DNA of 64,000 bases. Origin: Solobacterium sp. Its GTDB lineage: Bacteria; Bacillota_I; Bacilli_A; Erysipelotrichales; Erysipelotrichaceae. Made by a program: the position numbers and the translations under genes. The first letter of the stretch is position 1. Each line of letters begins with the position of its first letter. Under the pieces are notes generated by a model that worked only from the letters and a program-made list of their open reading frames with translations, ran no database searches and had not been told where the DNA came from. The stretch is taken from contig JAFYHC010000016.1 of the NCBI GenBank assembly GCA_017539385.1, positions 1,779 through 65,778 of the forward strand, given 5' to 3'. Shown here in pieces: positions 1-11,372 of this stretch.

Positions 1-309
1 GTAAAAGATCCCGGACCGGAAGAAACGGTACGGACATTGCTTGTGTCACTGACACCGGAAACGATCGATCACTATGAGGCAATAACAGGGTATCAGCTGA
101 TCTGTGAACTGGAAGAACTGGATGATGCATATTATGCATCGTATCCTTCTTTTGCATCTTTGTGCGCACAATACGGAGATACGAAGGGCATGTGTCTTTA
201 CAGCCGCAGAGACCTGTTTTACCACTATCGCAGAATGTACGCTGCAGAACACGATATTCGTGTATATGACGTCACAGACGAGAGGCACAGCGGCAGCCGC
301 AGGCTATAA
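1..309 (+). CDS. 3' end of a hypothetical protein (truncated by window edge)
   Basis: Frame 1 is open from base 1 to TAA at 307-309; no recognisable motif. Confidence 0.55.
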   Translation, partial: VKDPGPEETVRTLLVSLTPETIDHYEAITGYQLICELEELDDAYYASYPSFASLCAQYGDTKGMCLYSRRDLFYHYRRMYAAEHDIRVYDVTDERHSGSRRL

Positions 310-314
310 ATTCA

Positions 315-343
315 TTGTCTTAACAATGTGTGAATGATATATT
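315..343 (+). promoter_or_regulatory. Sigma-A-type promoter of the glp operon
   Basis: TTGTCT (315-320)-N17-TATATT (338-343) with an extended -10 TG. Confidence 0.55.
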
Positions 344-374
344 ATAGGTAATCAGACGAAGATGTTCTTGTTGC

Positions 375-463
375 TATGAGAGATGAGAGTGCGACATTGT
401 AACACATGATTTCTGACTGATGAAGTTGGTTATTTTTATGTGTGCATGACGCACTTTGTTTTT
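375..463 (+). promoter_or_regulatory. Leader terminator, probable GlpP antitermination target
   Basis: AGTGCG(388-393)/CGCACT(450-455) plus inner ACACAT/ATGTGT pairing, then a T-rich tract; purine-rich ATGAGAGATGAGAG just 5'; lies upstream of glpP-glpK. Confidence 0.6.
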
Positions 464-490
464 GTGACGGGATACGTCCGGGAGTGTTGA

Positions 491-2592
<2,102 letters not shown>

Positions 2593-2637
2593 AAATACCC
2601 GGCATGAATGTATGCCGGCAGAAAAAGAGGTGAAACG

Positions 2638-4089
2638 ATGTACGATGTCATAATAATCGGCGCCGGAGTGACCGGGAGTGCTATTGCCCGGGAATTATCG
2701 CGTTATGATGCAAATGTTTGCGTACTGGAAAAATGTGAAGATGTATGTGAGGGAACATCCAAGGCAAATTCAGCAATCATTCATGCCGGATTTGATGCGG
2801 AAGAAGGTTCCCTGATGGCAAAGATGAATGTCCGCGGTAATGAAATGATGGACCAGCTGGCGGAAGATCTGGACATTCCGTTCAAGCGTATTGGTGCCAT
2901 GGTAGTCTGCGTACAGAAGGATACCCTGGATGGACTGCAGACGCTGTATGAGCGCGGTGTCGCCAATGGTGTAAAAGGAATGCGTATCCTGAGCAAAGAA
3001 GAAGCGATGGCAATGGAGCCGAACCTGTCTGACAATGTCGAAGGTGCTCTGTATGCACCAAGCAGCGGGATCGTATGTCCGTTCATTCTGAACATTGCCA
3101 TGGCAGAAAACGCTGCGGACAATGGTGTGGAATTCCGCTTCAATACAAAGGTGGAACAGATCACAAAGGATGATGCGGGCATCTGGCATCTGCGTACCAA
3201 TAACGGTGAATACAAGGCACGGTATGTGGTCAACGCAGCCGGTGTCTACGCCGATGTATTCCATAATATGGTCAGTGACAAAAAGATCCATATTACGCCA
3301 AGACGCGGTGACTACTGCTTATTGGATAAAGAAGCAGGTAATCATGTCAGTCATACGATCTTTACCCTGCCGACGAAGCTGGGCAAGGGCGTACTGGTTA
3401 CACCGACTGTGCATGGCAATCTGATCGTCGGTCCGACAGCTGTTGATGTGAATGACCGTGAAGGAACCAATACAACAGCAGCGGGCATTGCCGATCTCAT
3501 CACCAAGGCAAACCAGCAGGTGAAAGATCTGCCCATGCGCAAAGTGATCACGTCATTTGCCGGTCTGCGTGCCCATGAAGATCATCATGAATTCATCATT
3601 CAGGAAGTGGAAGACGCACCGCACTTTATCGACGTTGCCGGTATTGAATCACCGGGTCTGACATCGTGTCCGGCAATTGGTGAAATGGTTGGAGAAATGT
3701 TACGGGAAAAGATGTCCCTGACACCGAAAGACAACTGGATCGCCAAACGGAAGGGCATCCTGAATCCCCAGACACTCACTATGGAAGAAAGAAACGCACT
3801 CATTCAGAAAGAACCGGCTTATGGCAATATTATCTGCCGCTGTGAATCGATCAGTGAGGGAGAGATCCTGGATGCGATCCACAGAACACTTGGTGCACGT
3901 TCTCTGGATGGCGTAAAGCGGCGCACACGTGCCGGCATGGGCAGATGCCAGGCTGGCTTCTGTTCCCCGCGTGTCATGGAGATCCTGCACCGTGAACTGG
4001 GCATTCCGCTGGAAGAAGTCACCAAGAGCGGCGGCCGCAGCACGATCGTAATGGAACGAACCAAAGGTGCCAACGGAGGTGAAGCATGA
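2638..4089 (+). CDS. FAD-dependent glycerol-3-phosphate dehydrogenase (GlpA/LhgO-like) with C-terminal BFD-like [2Fe-2S] domain
   Basis: IIGAGVTG FAD motif, TSKANSAIIHAG, CRCE...GRCQAGFC; glp context. Confidence 0.88.
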   Translation: MYDVIIIGAGVTGSAIARELSRYDANVCVLEKCEDVCEGTSKANSAIIHAGFDAEEGSLMAKMNVRGNEMMDQLAEDLDIPFKRIGAMVVCVQKDTLDGLQTLYERGVANGVKGMRILSKEEAMAMEPNLSDNVEGALYAPSSGIVCPFILNIAMAENAADNGVEFRFNTKVEQITKDDAGIWHLRTNNGEYKARYVVNAAGVYADVFHNMVSDKKIHITPRRGDYCLLDKEAGNHVSHTIFTLPTKLGKGVLVTPTVHGNLIVGPTAVDVNDREGTNTTAAGIADLITKANQQVKDLPMRKVITSFAGLRAHEDHHEFIIQEVEDAPHFIDVAGIESPGLTSCPAIGEMVGEMLREKMSLTPKDNWIAKRKGILNPQTLTMEERNALIQKEPAYGNIICRCESISEGEILDAIHRTLGARSLDGVKRRTRAGMGRCQAGFCSPRVMEILHRELGIPLEEVTKSGGRSTIVMERTKGANGGEA

Positions 4090-5354
4090 TCCCGTATGAT
4101 ATTGTCATCATCGGCGGCGGACCTGCAGGTCTTGCGGCTGCTGTATCAGCCCGTAAAAACGGCATTGATAAGATTCTTATCCTGGAACGTGACAGAGAAC
4201 TGGGCGGTATTCTGAACCAGTGCATTCATAATGGATTTGGACTGCATACATTCAAAGAAGAACTGACCGGACCGGAATATGCCCAGCGCTTTATCGATCA
4301 GGTACTGGAAATGGGTATTGAGTACAAGCTCAATACCATGGTCATGGATATCTCCCCGGAACGCGTCGTAACGGCCATGAGCAGGGAAGACGGCATGTAT
4401 CAGATCCAGGCCGGTGCAGTGATCCTGGCTATGGGATGCCGTGAGCGTCCAAGAGGTGCTTTGAACATACCGGGCTATCGTCCTGCAGGCATCTTCTCTG
4501 CCGGTACGGCGCAGCGTCTGGTAAACATTGAAGGCTATATGCCTGGCCGTGAAGTGGTCATCCTTGGATCTGGCGATATCGGCCTCATCATGGCAAGACG
4601 CATGACACTGGAAGGCGCAAAAGTCAAAGTCGTTGCCGAACTGATGCCGTATTCCGGCGGTCTGAAGCGGAATATCGTACAGTGTCTGGATGATTTCAAC
4701 ATTCCGCTGAAGCTGTCCCACACCGTTGTGGACATTGAAGGCAAAGAACATATCACAGCTGTCACCATTGCCCAGGTAGACAGTCACAACAAACCGATCC
4801 CCGGCACCGAAGAGCGCTACACATGCGATACACTGCTGCTGTCGTGCGGCCTGATCCCGGAGAATGAATTATCCAATAAAGCAGGCATCCGGATGAACCC
4901 GGTCACCAACGGACCGGTCGTTACGGAGAGCCTGGAAACCAATATCCCCGGTATCTTTGCCTGCGGCAATGTTCTGCATGTGCATGATCTGGTGGACTAT
5001 GTATCCGAAGAAGCAGGCCGTGCCGGTGCTGCAGCAGCCCGCTATGTACAGGCGAAGGGCATAATCGAACATTCCGATGAAGTTGTAAAACTGATTGCCA
5101 CAGACGGCGTACGCTACACCGTGCCGGTCACGATCGATCTCAAGAACATGGCAGACCTGCAGACGGTGCATTTCCGTGTCGGCAATGTCTATAAGAACTG
5201 CTATGTCAGTGTCTATTACAATGACAAACGCATGACGCATACCCGGAAAAAAATCATGGCACCGGGTGAGATGGAAAAGATCATCCTGCAGAAAAAGAAT
5301 CTTCTGAAAGAAGAAGACCTGAAGACGATCACGATTAAAATCGAGGCAGAATAA
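4086..5354 (+). CDS. NAD(P)/FAD-dependent pyridine nucleotide oxidoreductase, probable G3PDH partner subunit
   Basis: IIGGGPAG, GGILNQCIHNGFG, ILGSGDIG, GIFACGNVLHVHDLVD. Confidence 0.88.
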   Translation: MIPYDIVIIGGGPAGLAAAVSARKNGIDKILILERDRELGGILNQCIHNGFGLHTFKEELTGPEYAQRFIDQVLEMGIEYKLNTMVMDISPERVVTAMSREDGMYQIQAGAVILAMGCRERPRGALNIPGYRPAGIFSAGTAQRLVNIEGYMPGREVVILGSGDIGLIMARRMTLEGAKVKVVAELMPYSGGLKRNIVQCLDDFNIPLKLSHTVVDIEGKEHITAVTIAQVDSHNKPIPGTEERYTCDTLLLSCGLIPENELSNKAGIRMNPVTNGPVVTESLETNIPGIFACGNVLHVHDLVDYVSEEAGRAGAAAARYVQAKGIIEHSDEVVKLIATDGVRYTVPVTIDLKNMADLQTVHFRVGNVYKNCYVSVYYNDKRMTHTRKKIMAPGEMEKIILQKKNLLKEEDLKTITIKIEAE

Positions 5355-5355
5355 T

Positions 5356-5721
5356 ATGGAACGCAAAGAACTGACCTGTATCGGCTGCCCGATGGGCTGC
5401 CAGATCACCGTAGAATTTGACCGGGAAAAAGAAGAAGTATATTCCGTCAGCGGAAACTCCTGTGCAATCGGTGATAAATATGCAAGAAACGAAGTCCTGC
5501 ATCCGGAGCGGACAGTGACTTCCACCGTTGTCGTAGACGGAGGCGATAAGCCAAGACTGTCGGTCAAGACAGCCGGCAATATCCCCAAGAACATGATCAT
5601 GGACTGCATGAAGGCTATTGATGCCGTACGTGTAAATGCACCGGTGAAGATCGGTGATGTGATCATTGAGAATGTATGCGGCACGGGTGTAAATGTTGTC
5701 GCAACACGGAATATTCACTAG
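5356..5721 (+). CDS. DUF1667-family small CxxC protein
   Basis: CIGCPMGC...GNSC..G..YA..E..P.RTVTSTV pattern; usual third gene of this operon. Confidence 0.85.
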   Translation: MERKELTCIGCPMGCQITVEFDREKEEVYSVSGNSCAIGDKYARNEVLHPERTVTSTVVVDGGDKPRLSVKTAGNIPKNMIMDCMKAIDAVRVNAPVKIGDVIIENVCGTGVNVVATRNIH

Positions 5722-5722
5722 G

Positions 5723-5756
5723 AAACGGAAACCGGGCGCAAGCCTGGTTTTCGTTT
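5723..5756 (+). terminator. Rho-independent terminator of the glp operon
   Basis: AAACGGAAACCGGGC-GCAA-GCCTGGTTTTCGTTT hairpin. Confidence 0.75.
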
Positions 5757-5824
5757 GAAAATGTTGGATTGTTGTGATTCATGCGCGGCAGGATTATAAT
5801 GCATGCGTAAGGAGATTTTGAATT

Positions 5825-6349
5825 ATGACGACTGCAAATAAGTTAACGATGCTCAGAATTGCACTGATTCCGGTATTTTTGGGCGTATTATATGCGGGGT
5901 TCCCGGGATGCCGCTATTGGGCACTTGCAATCTTTATCATAGCCAGTCTGACAGATATGCTGGATGGCTATATTGCCAGACACTATAACCAGATCACCAA
6001 CTTTGGCAAATTCATGGATCCGCTGGCGGACAAGGTGCTTGTCATGGCTGCCATGTGCTGGTTCGTAGAATGCGGACAGATGCCTGGATGGGCTTTGGCT
6101 GTTGTGCTGTTACGGGAATTTGCGGTATCCGGCATGCGTCTTGTTGCAGTGGAACAGGGCAAGGTCATTGCGGCAGCGTGGTCTGGTAAAGTGAAGACAT
6201 TTGCGACAATGGTATGCCTGTGTCTGATGATGCTGAATATTCCGGAATGGCTGAATACGTTATGCATCGTTGTCATTCTTGCAACAACGATCTACTCCGG
6301 TATTGAATACTTCATCAAGAACGGGGAAGTATTCAAGAACGCTGACTGA
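5825..6349 (+). CDS. pgsA: CDP-diacylglycerol--glycerol-3-phosphate 3-phosphatidyltransferase
   Basis: ANKLTMLRI and the CDP-alcohol motif DMLDGYIAR...FGKFMDPLADK. Confidence 0.95.
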   Translation: MTTANKLTMLRIALIPVFLGVLYAGFPGCRYWALAIFIIASLTDMLDGYIARHYNQITNFGKFMDPLADKVLVMAAMCWFVECGQMPGWALAVVLLREFAVSGMRLVAVEQGKVIAAAWSGKVKTFATMVCLCLMMLNIPEWLNTLCIVVILATTIYSGIEYFIKNGEVFKNAD

Positions 6350-6382
6350 GGCGTGACATGTGAGACAGCTGCGGCTGTCTTT

Positions 6383-7006
6383 TTATTTTGTCAGGGTGTA
6401 GGTGCCTTTGGCAGTATGTGCCAGGATGCCGTCGTCACACAGGTCTTTCAGGATGCGCTGCAGCTGTCTTCTGCTGCAATTGAGACGGATGCAGGCAATG
6501 CCGACTCCCTGCAGAATGCCATCCGGGCACTCCGTACGAATATAGTGGAGAACACGCTGGCGCATGTCTTTCGGAATGGCGGTGGACCAGGTGATGCGTT
6601 GCAGTTTGTCTGCGGCCGACGACAGCAGATAATAGAGAAAGACCGGGTCGTTTTTCAATTGGTCCCGTATATTGGCTAACGGCAGGATGATGCAGGTAGT
6701 GCGCCGTACGATCTCGATCAGAAAGAGAGAGCGGTCATTGCGGGCAAATTCCATATCCCCGAAACAGGTGAACCCGGAGCCGGCGTAGACGATCGAAACG
6801 CTGTCATCGTCGCGTACATGCAGGATGCGGTAGGTACCGGATACCGGAAAACACAGATAATCCTGCGGATCGATGACATTGTTCAGGAATTCTCCCTTCT
6901 CAAAGACAGCCAGTTCAAACGGCAGATCATCTGCTGAAAACAGCGTATCGATCTTGTATGTGCGCAGCAATGTGCGCAGACGTTTTTCATCTTTTTGTAT
7001 CTTCAT
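6383..7006 (-). CDS. Crp/Fnr-family transcriptional regulator
   Basis: cNMP-binding-like FEKGEFL...FGDMEF and C-terminal HTH LNCSRRQLQRILKDL; start taken as MKIQKD at 7006. Confidence 0.85.
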   Translation of the reverse strand: MKIQKDEKRLRTLLRTYKIDTLFSADDLPFELAVFEKGEFLNNVIDPQDYLCFPVSGTYRILHVRDDDSVSIVYAGSGFTCFGDMEFARNDRSLFLIEIVRRTTCIILPLANIRDQLKNDPVFLYYLLSSAADKLQRITWSTAIPKDMRQRVLHYIRTECPDGILQGVGIACIRLNCSRRQLQRILKDLCDDGILAHTAKGTYTLTK

Positions 7007-7010
7007 GGTT

Positions 7011-7034
7011 TTATTGTGCCATATGGCACAATAA
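7011..7034. promoter_or_regulatory. Perfect 24-bp palindrome, probable operator of the adjacent Crp/Fnr regulator
   Basis: TTATTGTGCCATATGGCACAATAA; core TGTGC-N6-GCACA resembles the Crp TGTGA-N6-TCACA site. Confidence 0.7.
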
Positions 7035-7079
7035 TGCGACAGTGAAAATGATAGAATCGGTGCAGATACGGGGTGGAAT

Positions 7080-8408
7080 ATGAAAAACGAACTGTTTGAA
7101 ACGATGCCGGTGCCGAAGGCATATATGAAACTGGCTGTACCGGTGATGATGAGCAGTGTGCTCATGCTGATATATAACATGGTGGATATGTACTTCATTG
7201 CAAAGACCGGCAATACATCGCTGGTCGCAGGCGTATCCCTGTGTGCACCGGTATTTACCTTTATGATTGCGATTGGTGATATCTTCGGACTGGGCGGCAG
7301 TTCGCTGATCAGCCGTCTGTTTGGACAGGGAAAACAGGAAGACGGAAAGCGTCTGTCGGTATTCTCGTTTGTGGGGTCTGCGTTATTTGGCGTACTGATC
7401 GCAGTCGTATTGATGGCGGCACGGGGCGGAATGCTCAATCTGCTTGGTGCAGACGCAGATACATATGAATTTGCATCACAGTATTATACATGGATCGCAC
7501 TGGGTGCACCGTTCATCATCTTTTCCCTGGTGCCGACGAATCTGCTTCGTACGGAGGGATTTGCGACCGGGGCAATGATTGGATCGGTGACCGGTTCCAT
7601 CGTCAATATGATCCTGGATCCGATCTTCATCTTTACACTGGGCATGGGCGCAGCCGGTGCTGCTGCTGCGACGGTCATCGGCAATATCTGTGCAGATATC
7701 TTCTATGTATGGTTCATTCTGAACAAGTCCAAGGCACTATCCCTGGATCCAAGGGGATTCCATATGAGCGGACGGGAGTTGAAACAGATCCTCGGCATTG
7801 GCATTCCTTCATCCATTACCAATATCATGCAGTCAATTGGAGTGATGCTGCTGAACCGGTATCTGCTGCCGTATGGCAGTGATAAGATCGCTGCCATGGG
7901 CATCGTATCCAAGGTCGTCATGATCGTTGTCATGATCATGGTGGCGTTCTCCTTCGGCGGTCAGCCCTTGTATGGCTATCTGTATGGTGCACGCAATACG
8001 AAGCGCATGAAGGAAACGATCCGGTTTGCCTATAAGCTGGTATGCGGACTGGGACTTGGGCTGTCATTGATCCTGTTTGCCATTGCGCCGCAGATGATCG
8101 CATTCTTTATGAATGATGCGCATATGATCGAAGTCGGTGCACCGATGCTGCGGGCAGTATTATGCGGCATGTTCTTCATCGGCATCACCATGGTAACGAC
8201 CTGCATCTTCCAGTCGACCGGCAAAGCAACCGGAGCCTTCCTGCTGAGTGCGGGACGGCAGGGATATATCTATGCCGTTGTACTGGTGATCGCTTCAGCC
8301 ATCGCGGGATACAACGGTGTCATCTGTGCACAGCCGATCGCAGATGTCCTGGCGGCAGTACTTGCCATCGTGCTGTACCGCAGACTGCTTGGCAGAGAAC
8401 TGGCATGA
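7080..8408 (+). CDS. MATE-family efflux transporter
   Basis: About 12 TM segments; IYNMVDMYFI, NMILDPIFIF...GAAGAAAAT. Confidence 0.93.
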   Translation: MKNELFETMPVPKAYMKLAVPVMMSSVLMLIYNMVDMYFIAKTGNTSLVAGVSLCAPVFTFMIAIGDIFGLGGSSLISRLFGQGKQEDGKRLSVFSFVGSALFGVLIAVVLMAARGGMLNLLGADADTYEFASQYYTWIALGAPFIIFSLVPTNLLRTEGFATGAMIGSVTGSIVNMILDPIFIFTLGMGAAGAAAATVIGNICADIFYVWFILNKSKALSLDPRGFHMSGRELKQILGIGIPSSITNIMQSIGVMLLNRYLLPYGSDKIAAMGIVSKVVMIVVMIMVAFSFGGQPLYGYLYGARNTKRMKETIRFAYKLVCGLGLGLSLILFAIAPQMIAFFMNDAHMIEVGAPMLRAVLCGMFFIGITMVTTCIFQSTGKATGAFLLSAGRQGYIYAVVLVIASAIAGYNGVICAQPIADVLAAVLAIVLYRRLLGRELA

Positions 8409-8415
8409 CGCAAAT

Positions 8416-8444
8416 GAATCTGTAGGAAATACAGATTCTTTTTT
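8416..8444 (+). terminator. Rho-independent terminator
   Basis: GAATCTGTA/TACAGATTC stem followed by a T run. Confidence 0.7.
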
Positions 8445-8474
8445 GTATACTCATACGCATAGAGAGGTAGCGAT

Positions 8475-8915
8475 ATGCAGATACGGAATATGCGGAAAGA
8501 AGATTACAGTGCGGTATATGCACTGTGGCTGTCCTGCAAAGGGATGGGATTAAACAATGTGGATGATACCGAGGAAAGCATTGCACGCTTCCTGGAGCGC
8601 AATCCGGAGACCAACTTCGTTGCTGTAGAAGACGATACGATCATCGGTGTGCTGATGGCTGGCTATGACGGACGAAGGGGATATATCTATCACACTGCTG
8701 TTCATGAAGACCACCGCAGAACGGGCATCGGCGAAGCACTGGTAGAAGCTGTGCTGCAGGCATTCCGCAGCGTAGGCATCCATAAAACAGCACTGGTCGT
8801 CTTTGCCCGCAACGAAACAGGCAATGCATTCTGGGAAAAGATGGGATTCACCAGGCGTACGGATATCGTATACAGGAACCTTGCTTTGACGGAAATCACA
8901 CGCATGGATACCTGA
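8475..8915 (+). CDS. GNAT acetyltransferase (YpeA-like)
   Basis: GYDGRRGYIYHTAV...RRTGIG, NAFWEKMGF. Confidence 0.9.
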   Translation: MQIRNMRKEDYSAVYALWLSCKGMGLNNVDDTEESIARFLERNPETNFVAVEDDTIIGVLMAGYDGRRGYIYHTAVHEDHRRTGIGEALVEAVLQAFRSVGIHKTALVVFARNETGNAFWEKMGFTRRTDIVYRNLALTEITRMDT

Positions 8916-8997
8916 GTTCAATTGTGAAAGAAAGGTGAAATTGCAAGGTTGAAATGCATGGGCTCTATCGATAAAATGGTAACAAGGAGGGCAGTAA

Positions 8998-11169
8998 ATG
9001 AGTAATCGGCTTCCTGAAAAACTGGTACTATTGCGAAAAGAATTCGGTTATACCCAGTCGGATGTCGCACAGAAACTGAATATACCTGTGACGGACTACA
9101 TGAACTGGGAAAACGGAAATACAATATGCACGATCGAGCAGCTGAAGACACTTGCGGACACGTACAGTGTGACAGTAGATGCACTTGTAGATAATTCACA
9201 AGAAGTAAAAGCGGTACCGGAGAAAAACGCAGAAACGGTAAATATACCGTTTATGGGACATGTTTCTTCGGTCAATACATTTGATGATACAGAGGACATG
9301 GTACGTCCGGATCCCATGGCAACAGCCACACAGGAACTCAATGACGGTACGATCCGCATTGATATGGGAAGACTGGATGCCCATAACAGACCGGCACAGC
9401 AGACACAGACGCAGACATTTACCCAAAGCGTAACGATTCGTCCCAAACGGGAAGAAGAAAAAGAGGAAGAACCGGTACGGGTGCGTCCGCCCCGTAAGCG
9501 CCGCATCATCCTGATCACATCGATTCTTGCGATACTGGGTATTCTGTTTCTTCTGATCTTCCTCATGCTGGGAAGAGACAAAGGGGAAGTGGGACTTTCC
9601 CAGGTCAACCGGATCGCTCTGGGTGACCGCTATTCCCTGTATATTGATAAGAATGGTTCGATGCAGGTACGCGGTATCTTTGAACCGGCAGCGAAGTTTG
9701 ATAATGTGGTGCAGGTCAGTGCATATGACAGCCATGCGCTGGGACTGACGGCGAATGGAACGGTAGTGAACTCCGTGGCAGACCCGACAACGGAAACATG
9801 GAAGAACGTCGTCATGATCGCAGCCGGAAAGAACCACTCTGCTGCTTTGAAGAAAGATGGCAGCGTCTACTGCACCGGCAGTACAGAAGCCTGCCGTGTC
9901 AGTGACTGGAAAGATATGGAACAGATCTTTGCGGGAGACGGTGTGACGATCGGTATCCGGGAAGACGGAAGTGTTGCGACATCCGGCAATGTACCCTATG
10001 ACATCAATGTGCTGGAAGGGGTACGTACTGCTTCCATCGGAAAAAATACCTATGCATTTATCATGAAAGACGGTACGGTGCGCTTATTCCCGTCCGGTTC
10101 TGATCTTGCGGCTGAGACATCGGTATGGACAAATATGGATGAGATCGCAGCCGGAAACAATGCCGTGGCAGGTGTGCTGAAAGACGGCAGAGCGGTCATC
10201 GCTGCTGCAGATGCGGCATTGAAGGAAAAGGTGCTGACCTGGGGTGATCTGCGCTATATCGCAGCCAATGGTTCTACCATCATCGCAGTGGATAAAAACG
10301 GCAAGATGCACGGGGCTGGGGACAATACCTACAACCAGTACGATGCCGCAGAAGAAACACCGGCACCAAGCGAGACGCCGGAAGTCACGCTGGCAAAGCC
10401 GACGAATATTACATTCAGTGAGACCACGTCCAATATCGTGATCAAATGGAATACCGTTGAACACGCAGACTACTACGAAGTCACGGTAAACACATCGCCG
10501 TTAACGAAGATCAAATCCGCCGGCAACAGCACAAGCATTCCTTCTTCTTCGCTGGTTTCCGGCACAGAGTATACTGTTACGGTTACCGCATATGCCAACG
10601 ATGAGAAGAAATACGGCACCAGTGAGACCGCCAGTGTACGCTATGTATACGAGGCGATCACGATCGAACTGGAAACCATCACCGGCCTGCATGACAGCGT
10701 AGACGGCAAATACTGGCGCTTCAACTGGGAAGCGGTGGAACATGCGGACTATTACCTGTGCACGCTGGAAGGACAGCCGCAGGTACGCATTGACGGTACG
10801 GAATTCGTCGTGGATTCCACCGTGGCAGGTCTTGCCAATGGCAGCACCTACGTCATCCATATCCAGGCATGCTCGGAAGATGCCAAGTACTCCCCATCCC
10901 AGGATTATGTGATATCCAAGCTGTACCAGCGTACGATGTACGACGTTACACTGGTCTTCAAGAATGAGACCAATACAGAGGTATCCCGCATCACGGTACA
11001 GGTGGAACCGGGCAAGTATCTGCTCAGCGCACTGATCCAGGATGCCATGCCGCAGAATTACATGCTGAAAGAAGACTATGAGATCAATGTTTCCAGCATG
11101 ATGGAAAAAGATGTCAGTGTCATCGCTGTAAATCCAAGCGAAGAACCGGGGGGAGACGGCCATGAATAA
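8998..11169 (+). CDS. Membrane-spanning protein: XRE HTH, TM, 7x RCC1/BLIP-II repeats, 2x FN3-like
   Basis: LRKEFGYTQSDVAQKL...WENG HTH; TM after RKRR; repeats such as IAAGKNHSAALKKDGSV; FN3 WNTVEHADYYEV...GTEYTVTVTAY. Confidence 0.8.
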   Translation: MSNRLPEKLVLLRKEFGYTQSDVAQKLNIPVTDYMNWENGNTICTIEQLKTLADTYSVTVDALVDNSQEVKAVPEKNAETVNIPFMGHVSSVNTFDDTEDMVRPDPMATATQELNDGTIRIDMGRLDAHNRPAQQTQTQTFTQSVTIRPKREEEKEEEPVRVRPPRKRRIILITSILAILGILFLLIFLMLGRDKGEVGLSQVNRIALGDRYSLYIDKNGSMQVRGIFEPAAKFDNVVQVSAYDSHALGLTANGTVVNSVADPTTETWKNVVMIAAGKNHSAALKKDGSVYCTGSTEACRVSDWKDMEQIFAGDGVTIGIREDGSVATSGNVPYDINVLEGVRTASIGKNTYAFIMKDGTVRLFPSGSDLAAETSVWTNMDEIAAGNNAVAGVLKDGRAVIAAADAALKEKVLTWGDLRYIAANGSTIIAVDKNGKMHGAGDNTYNQYDAAEETPAPSETPEVTLAKPTNITFSETTSNIVIKWNTVEHADYYEVTVNTSPLTKIKSAGNSTSIPSSSLVSGTEYTVTVTAYANDEKKYGTSETASVRYVYEAITIELETITGLHDSVDGKYWRFNWEAVEHADYYLCTLEGQPQVRIDGTEFVVDSTVAGLANGSTYVIHIQACSEDAKYSPSQDYVISKLYQRTMYDVTLVFKNETNTEVSRITVQVEPGKYLLSALIQDAMPQNYMLKEDYEINVSSMMEKDVSVIAVNPSEEPGGDGHE

Positions 11170-11347
11170 GAACTGGTACTACATGAAAAAAGACCGCAGG
11201 AAGTGCGGTCCCTTCAGTGAAGAAGAATGTATCCGCCTGATTCGTCAGGAGATCATTGAACCGGCAGATTTTATCTGGAATACCTGTATGGAAAACTGGG
11301 TAAAACTGTCCGATTCCATCTATTCCTTCTACATTCCTGAACAGTAA
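11162..11347 (+). CDS. Stand-alone GYF_2 (DUF4339) domain protein
   Basis: WYY.....GPFS...LI....I......IW...MENW pattern; overlaps the upstream stop. Confidence 0.8.
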   Translation: MNKNWYYMKKDRRKCGPFSEEECIRLIRQEIIEPADFIWNTCMENWVKLSDSIYSFYIPEQ

Positions 11348-11371
11348 GAAAGCGGACCACGGTCCGCTTTC
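11348..11371. terminator. Hairpin between convergent genes (likely bidirectional terminator)
   Basis: GAAAGCGGACC/GGTCCGCTTTC perfect stem. Confidence 0.7.
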
Positions 11372-11372
11372 A

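Noticed and set aside
2599-2618. CCGGCAT/ATGCCGG hairpin between glpK and the dehydrogenase gene as a terminator
   Set aside because: No T tract follows; at most an mRNA stability element
7007-7438. N-terminal extension of the Crp regulator
   Set aside because: Overlaps the MATE gene antisense; the Crp domain starts after 7006
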